This document shows positions 19,234 to 26,702 of a stretch of DNA of 37,448 nucleotides, one piece after another. Location: contig JBDKUT010000009.1 in assembly GCA_039679545.1 (NCBI GenBank), positions 1-37,448 on the forward strand, written 5' to 3'. Below the pieces are notes generated by a model. That model saw only the letters and a list, made by a program, of their open reading frames with translations. It made no database searches and had not been told where the DNA came from. Origin of the DNA: Thermotogota bacterium (GTDB lineage: Bacteria; Bipolaricaulota; Bipolaricaulia; UBA7950; UBA9294). A program made the position numbers and the translations under genes. Every line of letters starts with the position of its first letter. Position 1 is the first letter of the stretch.

Positions 19234-20862
19234 ATGAGAACGCTGTCCCAAGTCCTCCGCGATACGACCACCCAGTTCCCGAAGCGGCCCGCCATCCTCG
19301 ATCCGAGCGGCGCAACCCTCACCTACGCCGAGCTCTCCGAGAAGGTCGACAAGCTGGCGCGCGGGCTCCTCGACCTCGGGGTCGGGAAGGGTGAGAAGGT
19401 CGGGCTCTGGATGCCCAACATGCCCGAGTGGATCGTCGCCTACTTCGCCGTCGCCCGGATCGGCGCCGTGGTCGTGCCGATGAACACCCGCTACAAGACC
19501 CACGAGGTCGAGTACATCCTCGGGAACTCGGAGGCAACGACGCTCTTCGCCGTCGACGCGTTCGTCGGCATCGACTACCTCACGATGATCGACGAGATCC
19601 GCCTGAAGCTCCCGAACCTGAAGCACGTCGTCATCGTCGGCAAGGCGGGCAAGGACATGCATCGGATCGACGACGTCTTGGCTCGCGGCGCCCGCGGCCT
19701 CGCCGACGGGAAGCTCGCCAAGCGCGAGGTGACGTGCGACCCGAAGGACAACGTCTTCATCCTCTACACCTCCGGGACGACGGGGAACCCGAAGGGCGCG
19801 ATGCTGTCGCACCACAACATCGGCCACAACGGCGAGCAAGTCACCGAGGTCTTGCACGCGACCGAGAAGGACGTGTTCCTGCTTGCGGTTCCGTTCTTCC
19901 ACTGCTTCGGCTGCGTCATGGGGATCGCCGGGGCGATCACGTGGGGCGCGAGCATCGTGCCGATGCAGGTCTTCAAGGCGAACGAGGCGCTGGAACTCGT
20001 TGAGCGGTTTGGCGTGACCGTCCTCTACGGCGTCCCGACGATGTTCGTCCTCGAGCTCGAGGAGAATCGAAAGGGCAAGCCGGGCGGCGGGAAGTACGAC
20101 ATCTCGACCCTGCGCACCGGGATCATGGCCGGGGCTCCGTGCCCGGTCGAAGTCATGCGCGGGACGATGAACGAGATGCACTGCAACGTGTCGATCGCCT
20201 ACGGCCTCACCGAGGCGTCGCCGGTCATCACGATGACCCGCTTCGACGACTCGATCGAGCGCCGCGTCGAGACCGTCGGCCGCGCCCTCGCCGGGATCGA
20301 GGTCAAGATCGCCGACGACGACTGGAAGTCCGTGCCGACCGGAGAGACCGGCGACCTCGCTTGTCGCGGCTACAACGTCATGATCGGCTACTACAAGATG
20401 CCCGACAAGACGGCCGAGGTGATCGACAAAGACGGCTGGCTTTACTCCGGCGACCTCGCGACGATGGACGCCGAGGGGTACGTGAAGATCGTCGGGCGGA
20501 AGAAGGACATGCTGATCACCGGCGGGTTCAACGTGTATCCCGCCGAGATCGAGGAGTACCTGTTCACCCATCCGAGGGTCCTGAACGTCTCCGTCATCGG
20601 CGTCCCCGACCCCGTGTTCGGCGAAGTCGCCGCCGCGTACGTCATCCCGAAGCAGGGCGCGAAGATCGACCCGCAGGAGCTCGTCGACTACTGCGCGAAG
20701 GAGATCGCCAATTTCAAAGTTCCGCGCTACATCGTCGTCGTGAGCGAGCTGCCGATGACCCAGTCCGGCAAGATCCAGAAGTTCCGGCTCCGCGAGATGG
20801 CGCAGGAGGCGTTCGACCAGGGCAAGATGGTCAAGCTCTCACCTTCCGGCGGGAAGAAGTAA
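19234..20862 (+). CDS. Long/medium-chain acyl-CoA synthetase (AMP-binding)
   Basis: YTSGTTGNPKG, YGLTE, SGDL, GRKKDMLITGGFNVYPAEIE and SGKIQK. RBS GAGGTG before ATG 19234. Confidence 0.92.
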   Translation: MRTLSQVLRDTTTQFPKRPAILDPSGATLTYAELSEKVDKLARGLLDLGVGKGEKVGLWMPNMPEWIVAYFAVARIGAVVVPMNTRYKTHEVEYILGNSEATTLFAVDAFVGIDYLTMIDEIRLKLPNLKHVVIVGKAGKDMHRIDDVLARGARGLADGKLAKREVTCDPKDNVFILYTSGTTGNPKGAMLSHHNIGHNGEQVTEVLHATEKDVFLLAVPFFHCFGCVMGIAGAITWGASIVPMQVFKANEALELVERFGVTVLYGVPTMFVLELEENRKGKPGGGKYDISTLRTGIMAGAPCPVEVMRGTMNEMHCNVSIAYGLTEASPVITMTRFDDSIERRVETVGRALAGIEVKIADDDWKSVPTGETGDLACRGYNVMIGYYKMPDKTAEVIDKDGWLYSGDLATMDAEGYVKIVGRKKDMLITGGFNVYPAEIEEYLFTHPRVLNVSVIGVPDPVFGEVAAAYVIPKQGAKIDPQELVDYCAKEIANFKVPRYIVVVSELPMTQSGKIQKFRLREMAQEAFDQGKMVKLSPSGGKK

Positions 20863-20878
20863 GCGTGGGGCTCCGAGT

Positions 20879-22078
20879 GTGACGCACATCACAGTCGATT
20901 CGGACGAGGTCGTACGCCTCGCGTGCGACCTCATCGCGATCGAGAGCCACAAGGATGCCCCAGGTCGCGAAGCCGCGATCGGCCGGTTCCTCGTCGGCTG
21001 GTTTCACGAGCGCGAGATCGACGCCGAGCTCCAGCCAGCTCTCGACGGCCGCTCGAACGTCATCGCCCGCCTTGAGTTGGGAGGGGCAGGCCCGACGCTC
21101 CTCCTGAACGGCCACCTTGACACCGTCCCCGCCGGCGACATGAAGGACGCCTTCGCGCCGCGAATCGAGGACGGCGTCCTGTGGGGGCGCGGCGCGTGCG
21201 ACATGATGTCGGCCGTCGCCGCCCTGGGCGGTGTGGTGGCGGCGGCGGCTAGGCCGTTGCGCGACCGGTCGTCGGCAACTGCTCGGGCTCGGGAGTCTGG
21301 TCCCCTGGCAGGAACTCTCATCTTCGGTGGCACGGTCGATGAAGAGACCGGGTCGCTCGGCGTGAAGCGGCTCATCGAGTCTGGGCTCAAGGCCGACTAC
21401 GCCGTCGTCGGGGAGCCCACGTGCCTGCGTGCCGCCATCGCCCACAAAGGCGCGTGCTTCATCCGCATCACGCTTGTGGGCCGCGGCGCGCACGGAAGCT
21501 GTCCGGAGAAAGGCGTCAGCGCCGCGTCGTACGGGGCACGAATCCTGACCGCGCTCGAAGATCAGCTCCGCCCGCGCATCGCCAAGCGCACGTACCCACT
21601 TCTCGGCGCGTCCACCGTCAGCGTCGGCAGAATCTGCGGGGGCACCGAGCCGAACATCGTCGCCGAGCGGTGCGAGCTCGACGTCGACCGCCGCACCCTG
21701 CCCGGCGAGACCGGTGCGCTGACCGGAGTTCGCGAGCTCGTGGCCTCCATCTGCGACAACGTCGATGGGCTCACGTACGACGTCGTCGAGATGGACCGCA
21801 CGTCGATCGTGCCCCACGTCGCGCTCGGGACTCCGCCCGACTCAAAGCTGGCGCAGGCGTGCGTCGCCGCGTGCCGCGAGGCCGGAGTTCCCACCGAACC
21901 CGTCGGCGTCACCTACTGGACCGACGGAGCGCACCTCGCCGCGAACGGCATCGAGACCGTCATCCTCGGTCCCGGCGACATCGCCCACGCCCACGGACCC
22001 AGCGACCACGTCCGCGTCGACGACATAGAACAAGCCGCCGCCGTCTACCTTCGGATTGCCGAGAGCCTCCTCGTGTAG
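20879..22078 (+). CDS. M20 family metallopeptidase (ArgE/DapE-like)
   Basis: NGHLDTVP, GRGACDM, DEETG, VVGEPT, GRGAHGS and AH near the C-terminus. Confidence 0.9.
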   Translation: MTHITVDSDEVVRLACDLIAIESHKDAPGREAAIGRFLVGWFHEREIDAELQPALDGRSNVIARLELGGAGPTLLLNGHLDTVPAGDMKDAFAPRIEDGVLWGRGACDMMSAVAALGGVVAAAARPLRDRSSATARARESGPLAGTLIFGGTVDEETGSLGVKRLIESGLKADYAVVGEPTCLRAAIAHKGACFIRITLVGRGAHGSCPEKGVSAASYGARILTALEDQLRPRIAKRTYPLLGASTVSVGRICGGTEPNIVAERCELDVDRRTLPGETGALTGVRELVASICDNVDGLTYDVVEMDRTSIVPHVALGTPPDSKLAQACVAACREAGVPTEPVGVTYWTDGAHLAANGIETVILGPGDIAHAHGPSDHVRVDDIEQAAAVYLRIAESLLV

Positions 22079-22165
22079 CTTCCGTCTACTGCGAAGCGCG
22101 CAGTACGAACGCCGTCCTGCATGCGCGCTATACTCGCTCACGAGCCAGGAAGAGAGGTAGATCAG

Positions 22166-22684
22166 ATGGACCTTTACGCCGCAATCCGTGGCCGGCGGAG
22201 CGTGAGGCGCTTCTCCTCCACACCGATCGATCAAGCGATTCTCGAGCGAATCGTCGGGGCCGCAACGTGGGCGCCGTCGGGCGGAAACGCTCAGACCTGG
22301 CGGTTCGTCATCGTCACGGAGCCTACGAGGATCGCCAAGCTGAAGACCGTGAGCCCGGGTCTCCTGGGCGACCCCGGCGCCGTGGTTGCCGTCTGCCAGG
22401 ACCTCGCCGACGCGCGCGCCAAGGGAAGCACGCTCGGAGAGGTCCTGCTCGCGCCGTGCGACGCCGCGATGGCCGCGCAGAACCTGCTCTTGGCCGCGTA
22501 CGCCGAGGGCCTCGGCACCTGCCCGGTCGCTTCGTTCACCCACAGGGCCGTCGCCCGACTCCTCAAGCTCCCCGAGACCGTCGAGCCGGTTCTGCTCGTC
22601 AGCGTGGGCGTGCCGGACGAGACCCCGGAAGCGCCGGCTCGCAAGACGGAAGGCATCGTGCATTGGGAGGTCTACGGTGGATAG
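22166..22684 (+). CDS. Nitroreductase family protein
   Basis: RRSVRRF, APSGGNAQTWRF and QNLLLAAYAEGLGTC. RBS GAGGT before ATG 22166. Confidence 0.9.
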   Translation: MDLYAAIRGRRSVRRFSSTPIDQAILERIVGAATWAPSGGNAQTWRFVIVTEPTRIAKLKTVSPGLLGDPGAVVAVCQDLADARAKGSTLGEVLLAPCDAAMAAQNLLLAAYAEGLGTCPVASFTHRAVARLLKLPETVEPVLLVSVGVPDETPEAPARKTEGIVHWEVYGG

Positions 22685-22982
22685 TACGGCCCTGGAGGCC
22701 AAGGTCTTCGATCTGATCGGCTACATCGCATCGAGCGCGCGGAACCTCCTCGACGAGACCCCCGCCTACGGCCCGTTCCGCCTTGTCGACGCCGCCAGCC
22801 GACTGGTCGCGATCCTCAAGGAAGCGGGCGTTCAGAGCCCTCGCTTGACCGCGCTACGACAAGAGATCGACAGAGGCAAGTACTCCGTTACCGTTGGCCC
22901 CGACGAATTCAAAGCGTTCCTCGACGCACTCGTCGACACCTTCGTCGACTACCTCGACCCCGACGAATCGCCTCGGATGTAG
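22677..22982 (+). CDS. Small helical protein, DUF6092-like
   Basis: GTG start overlapping the nitroreductase stop, with RBS GGAGG. FDLIGYIASSARNLLDETPAYGPFRLVDAASRL resembles DUF6092 as recalled, not searched. Confidence 0.7.
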   Translation: MDSTALEAKVFDLIGYIASSARNLLDETPAYGPFRLVDAASRLVAILKEAGVQSPRLTALRQEIDRGKYSVTVGPDEFKAFLDALVDTFVDYLDPDESPRM

Positions 22983-22988
22983 CGGATT

Positions 22989-23295
22989 GCGCTCATCGGG
23001 CAAGGAGTTCGGCGGCGTGTTGGCTCCAACTGCACTCTGACGAGCTCTCGAGCTGCTCGGCAACGCAGACCGCTGAGCAGCCCAACTCTCCGAGCGACTC
23101 GACAACGAAGACCGCCGAGTCGCCACGGACCATGGACCAGGAGTTGCGCCCTGCATCGCGCTCGCCGGGCAAGGAGTTCGGCGGCGTGCCGGCTCTGGCT
23201 GCACTCTGCCGAACTCCCGAGCTGCTCGGAGACGGAGAACGCCGAGCAGCCCAACTCCCGAGCGACTCGGCAACGAAGAGCGCTGAGTCGCCACG
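22989..23295 (+). repeat. Two tandem ~138-nt imperfect repeats (about 22989-23127 and 23158-23295), each with three stem-loops
   Basis: Both copies read gggcaaggagttcggcggcgtg...gcactctg..ga.ctc.cgagctgctcgg...gagcagcccaactc..cgagcgactcg...gagtcgccacg. Confidence 0.9.
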
Positions 23296-23346
23296 CACTG
23301 CGAACCGCCTTCCCACAAGCCACAGGCTACATGCCGCGCCCGCGGC
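23291..23346. repeat. Degenerate heptamer array (C[CT][AG]C-NNN)
   Basis: ccacgca ctgcgaa ccgcctt c ccacaag ccacagg ctacatg ccgcgc. Confidence 0.65.
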
Positions 23347-23347
23347 G

Positions 23348-23596
23348 CTACTTCCGGCGCGTCGACGCGGGCCGCGCGTCTACGATCTCAAACAGCTCCT
23401 CAAACGCCTTCCCGACCGCGGCGGAGATCTTGTGCGCCGTCGTGACGCTCGTGCCGGCGCCGTTCTCGATCGAAGAGAGCATCGGCCGGGAAACGCCGAC
23501 CGCGTCGGCGCAATCCGCCGACGTCAGCCCGGCGACGATGCGCGCGCGCCGGACAGCGTCCCCTTTTGACACGATGCGGTAGTACTTCTTCGGCAT
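23348..23596 (-). CDS. XRE/Cro-family helix-turn-helix transcriptional regulator
   Basis: VRRARIVAGLTSADCADAVGVSRPMLSSIENG...AHKISAAVGKAFEELF. A minus-strand TATAGT at 23610-23615 implies a nearly leaderless mRNA. Confidence 0.85.
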   Translation of the reverse strand: MPKKYYRIVSKGDAVRRARIVAGLTSADCADAVGVSRPMLSSIENGAGTSVTTAHKISAAVGKAFEELFEIVDARPASTRRK

Positions 23597-23659
23597 GGTT
23601 CCGAGTGTCACTATACAAGGGGCGACATACGTCAGCGAAGACAGACAAGCGCTTGCCAA

Positions 23660-23698
23660 TGGACATCTAGGAGCGATATAGATCACCTAGAACATCCA
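23660..23698. promoter_or_regulatory. Imperfect inverted repeat, candidate operator between divergent promoters
   Basis: TGGA-ca-TCTAGG-N14-CCTAGA-aca-TCCA. A perfect palindrome CAAGCGCTTG also lies at 23646-23655. Confidence 0.5.
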
Positions 23699-23702
23699 AA
23701 AC

Positions 23703-23731
23703 TTGACATCCGCTTACCAACGTGCTAGATT
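23703..23731 (+). promoter_or_regulatory. Strong sigma70-type promoter with extended -10
   Basis: TTGACA (23703-23708), 17-bp spacer ending in TGc, TAGATT (23726-23731). Confidence 0.8.
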
Positions 23732-23737
23732 GGCCCG

Positions 23738-23851
23738 GATTCCACCGGCGCCCCGGGACAAGCGATCTGACGACGGATCGGGCCCAAGCGGGTGGTATGA
23801 GCTGTCTGAGGGGATTGGTCAAGACTCAGGCCGCGAACCGGGGCGCCCGTG
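23738..23851 (+). ncRNA. Candidate structured ncRNA or cis-regulatory leader (four-way junction), family not recognised
   Basis: Perfect 10-bp closing stem ggcgccccgg/ccggggcgcc enclosing three hairpins, starting just after the predicted transcription start. Confidence 0.5.
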
Positions 23852-23961
23852 CTCTTTCTCGAGCAAGAACCTCGCATGTGGGACCCCAAGCCTCCACGTC
23901 GCTGCAATCCTCGGCTTCTTCTACGAGCGACAGGCCGAAAGCCGCTCGTCTCCGGGTCTTT

Positions 23962-24029
23962 CCGCGAGCTGCAGCGCACGAGCCACAAGCTACGAGCCGC
24001 GATACAATCCACAAGCTACGAGCCGTATT
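23962..24029. repeat. Heptamer array containing an exact 17-bp direct repeat ccacaagctacgagccg
   Basis: ccgcgag ctgcagc gcacgag ccacaag ctacgag ccgcgat acaat ccacaag ctacgag ccgtatt. Confidence 0.75.
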
Positions 24030-24043
24030 CCAAGGAGCCAACC

Positions 24044-24373
24044 ATGCTGAACCGAAGCATCGCGATTGTGACGGCGAAGAAGCCTTTCCACGACTGGCTG
24101 AAGTCCCTCCCCGAGCCGGCCGAACTGACCCTCGCCGAGCTGAATGAGGACGGGATCTCCTACCTTCTCCCGGAACTGGCAGACGACCAGGCTCCCGAGG
24201 ACCTGATCGCCCTCTGCTTCGACATCATCTTCGAAGAGGAGCTTGCCGCCTGGACGACGGACGAGGCGCAGTGGCCGAAGGTTCGCGACCTCGCCACGTT
24301 CCAGACCTGGTTCGACGTCACGTTCCGTTCCATCGTCCTCGACATCGTCGACGAGAAGCTGAAGGACGAGTAG
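24044..24373 (+). CDS. Conserved-looking acidic hypothetical protein (109 aa)
   Basis: RBS AAGGAG and host-like codon usage; sequence NRS...KKPF.DW...IFEEELAAW..DEAQWP..R....F..WF. Confidence 0.8.
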   Translation: MLNRSIAIVTAKKPFHDWLKSLPEPAELTLAELNEDGISYLLPELADDQAPEDLIALCFDIIFEEELAAWTTDEAQWPKVRDLATFQTWFDVTFRSIVLDIVDEKLKDE

Positions 24374-24436
24374 GGGCGGTCCGGCCTAGGCCGGTTCGGC
24401 CGCGGCTGACAGGAGAACGGCGGAGGGATTCTCGGG

Positions 24437-25015
24437 ATGAGGAAGCGAATCCTCGAGCGCTACTCGCGCACGAACGACGGCGAAGTGATCATCGACATCG
24501 CCGCCGCACGGATCGCCGACTTGTACGACGACTTCGACAAGCATGCCCCGTACCTCAAGAAGGAATTGGACCAGGGGCTTGTCGAGTACATCATCGACTC
24601 CGTGCGTGAGATCGGTAAGGAGCCGTTTCTCGTCCAGGTGAGCCTCGCCGCGCCGGTGGACGAGCCTGCCGTTTGTCGCGTTCAGACGAGCCTTCACAAC
24701 TACTTCCTCTACTTGAAAGAGCTCGAAGCTCGCGAGATGCGGCGGCTGGCGCGCAACTCTCTGACCCTGCTGGCGGTCGGCATCGCGATTCTGACCGCGT
24801 CGGTGTGGGTGAATGCGCGACCCTCTGTGCGCGACATCGTCCTTGAGCGCGTGATCGCTGAGGGCTTGACGATCGCGGCGTGGGTTGCGCTGTGGGAGGC
24901 ACTCGCCATGTTCCTCGTGAACTGGGCCCCACACCGGCGGATGATCGCCATGTACGATCGCATCGCCAAGGCCGACGTGCGGTTCCTCGAGGTAGCGCAC
25001 GAGTCGGAGGCGTGA
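24437..25015 (+). CDS. Hypothetical membrane protein with two C-terminal TM helices
   Basis: 192-aa ORF with DLYDDFD.HAPY.KKELD and EGLTIAAWVALWEA; coherent codon usage. Confidence 0.8.
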   Translation: MRKRILERYSRTNDGEVIIDIAAARIADLYDDFDKHAPYLKKELDQGLVEYIIDSVREIGKEPFLVQVSLAAPVDEPAVCRVQTSLHNYFLYLKELEAREMRRLARNSLTLLAVGIAILTASVWVNARPSVRDIVLERVIAEGLTIAAWVALWEALAMFLVNWAPHRRMIAMYDRIAKADVRFLEVAHESEA

Positions 25016-25033
25016 GGGAGCTAGCTCTCAGCT

Positions 25034-25068
25034 GGTACGGCACGTGGCCTGTGGCATGTAGCACGTGG
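25034..25068. repeat. Heptamer array in inverted orientation to 23962-24029
   Basis: Reverse complement reads ccacgtg ctacatg ccacagg ccacgtg ccgtacc. Confidence 0.65.
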
Positions 25069-25139
25069 GCAGAGGCGGGCAGACAGCCGTCGGTCTGAAT
25101 CGCGCGTTCCGCTCAATGATGGTCGACCTCGTTGGCTGT

Positions 25140-25176
25140 GGCGGCGAGGCGGCGAGGCGGCGAGGCGGCGAGGCGG
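25140..25176. repeat. Octamer tandem repeat (GGCGGCGA)x4.6
   Basis: Direct reading of the sequence. Confidence 0.9.
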
Positions 25177-25189
25177 GGTCCTCGGCAGC

Positions 25190-25434
25190 TGATCCCAAGC
25201 GTCAAGGGCTCCAAGTACGGGCATGGCTTCCAGATCGGCGGCGGTCTCGCTGGCCCCGGCTGCGTCGGCCACGATGGAGGATTCCTCGGCGTCGAGGCGT
25301 TCGTCTCCAATCACCCCTCGACGGGATACACGCTCGTTGTCCTCTCGAACTACTACTACGACTCCGCGCTGCGGCTGATGGAGGCGTTCCCGAAGGAGTT
25401 CCAGAGACACCTCGCGGACGTGAAAGCACGCTGA
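25190..25434 (+). pseudogene. 3' fragment of a serine hydrolase / class C beta-lactamase-like gene
   Basis: KYGHGF...VGHDGGFLG......P..GYTLVVLSN is the C-terminal signature of this family. There is no SxxK-containing N-terminus and no credible start. Confidence 0.7.
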
Positions 25435-25655
25435 GGCTGGGCGTGCAAACCGGGTTTCTCCACGGACCGAGGCAAGCAGGAGGAACTAGGGTCCGGTGCT
25501 AGCCTTGCCGGCGCGCTGCTGTAGCGCGCCAACGAAGACGATGACTCCGGCAGCGTCGTGCGCCGTGGGACAGCATGTTCGACCGATGCATGTGGTATGA
25601 TCGTGCGGTGGTTGTACCTATGGCACGTTGCCGCGAGGGGCTCGCACTTAAGCCG

Positions 25656-26702
25656 ATGGTGGCCTTCCCAGAGATGGCGGGGAAATACCCTCAGCTGCGG
25701 TACATGGGCAGCAAGCATAGGTTGTTGCCGTGGATCCACGAGGTGCTCTCCGCGGTCGAGTTCTCGTCGGCCCTTGACGCGTTTTCCGGAACCGGGTGCG
25801 TAGGGTACCTGCTGAAGACAATGGGCAAGCGCGTCGTCGCGAATGACTTCCTCGACTTCTCCAGCCACATTGCGCGTGCAGCCATTGAGAACTCGGCGAC
25901 GACGTTGTCATCTGACGACTGCGCAATGCTCCTCGAAGAGAACTTCGGGCGGCGAGACTTCATTCGACGAACGTTCACCGGGATCTTCTTCGCTCCTGCC
26001 GATCTGCTGTTCCTCGACAACGTGTGGGCGAACATCCCGCGTCTGGCTACGCCACTTCACAAGAGCCTAGCGATTGCAGCACTTGTCCGATCTTGTGTGA
26101 AGCGCCAACCGCGAGGGGTGTTCACCGTTGCAGGTGATCCAGAGAAGTATAAGGATGGGCGCCGCGATCTGAGGCTCTCTCTTCAGGAGCACTTCTTTGA
26201 GTCTGTTGCAGCCTACAACGCTGCAGTCTTCGACAACGGGCAGTCGTGCGGTGCGAGCAGGGCGGACGTCTTCGCCGTGCCGCAGGATGCTTTCGATCTT
26301 GTTTACATGGATCCTCCGTACGTCCCTCGTGCCGACGACAACTGCTACATCAAGCGCTACCACTTCCTTGAAGGGTTGGCCTCGTACTGGCAGGGCGCGG
26401 GCACAGAGATACTAGAAGACACAAGGGTGCGGAAGATCCCGAAGCGGTTCACTCCGTTCTCGTACCGTCGCACGGCCGTTCAAGCGTTCGATGACCTGTT
26501 TGAGCATTTTGCCGAGAGTATCCTAGTCCTGTCCTATTCATCCAACGGATACCCGGACCTTGACGAACTCACCGCTCTTATGCGGAAGTACAAGCACGAT
26601 GTCCAGGTGTTCGAGAAGACACACCGGTATCACTTCGGCACTCACCGGAACGTCTCCGAACAGAGGGCAGTGGTCCGCGAGTACTTGGTGGTGGGTACCT
26701 GA
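25656..26702 (+). CDS. D12-class DNA adenine (m6A) methyltransferase
   Basis: RYMGSK, motif I DAFSGTG, ANDF, motif IV YMDPPY and LSYS. Start uncertain (25575-25704). Confidence 0.9.
   Translation: MVAFPEMAGKYPQLRYMGSKHRLLPWIHEVLSAVEFSSALDAFSGTGCVGYLLKTMGKRVVANDFLDFSSHIARAAIENSATTLSSDDCAMLLEENFGRRDFIRRTFTGIFFAPADLLFLDNVWANIPRLATPLHKSLAIAALVRSCVKRQPRGVFTVAGDPEKYKDGRRDLRLSLQEHFFESVAAYNAAVFDNGQSCGASRADVFAVPQDAFDLVYMDPPYVPRADDNCYIKRYHFLEGLASYWQGAGTEILEDTRVRKIPKRFTPFSYRRTAVQAFDDLFEHFAESILVLSYSSNGYPDLDELTALMRKYKHDVQVFEKTHRYHFGTHRNVSEQRAVVREYLVVGT

Noticed and set aside
22989..23295. CRISPR array
   Set aside because: Only two long units with internally related hairpins, no unique spacers of regular length, and no cas genes.
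22854..23323. Repetitive minus-strand ORFs across the tandem repeats
   Set aside because: No RBS, the repeat period is not a multiple of three, and substitutions conserve base pairing rather than codons.
23738..23851. tRNA (including tRNA-Sec) or c-di-GMP-II riboswitch
   Set aside because: It is cloverleaf-like but has no T-loop, D-loop or 7-nt anticodon loop in the right places and no CCA end. Only scattered short words resemble c-di-GMP-II. An Rfam search is needed.
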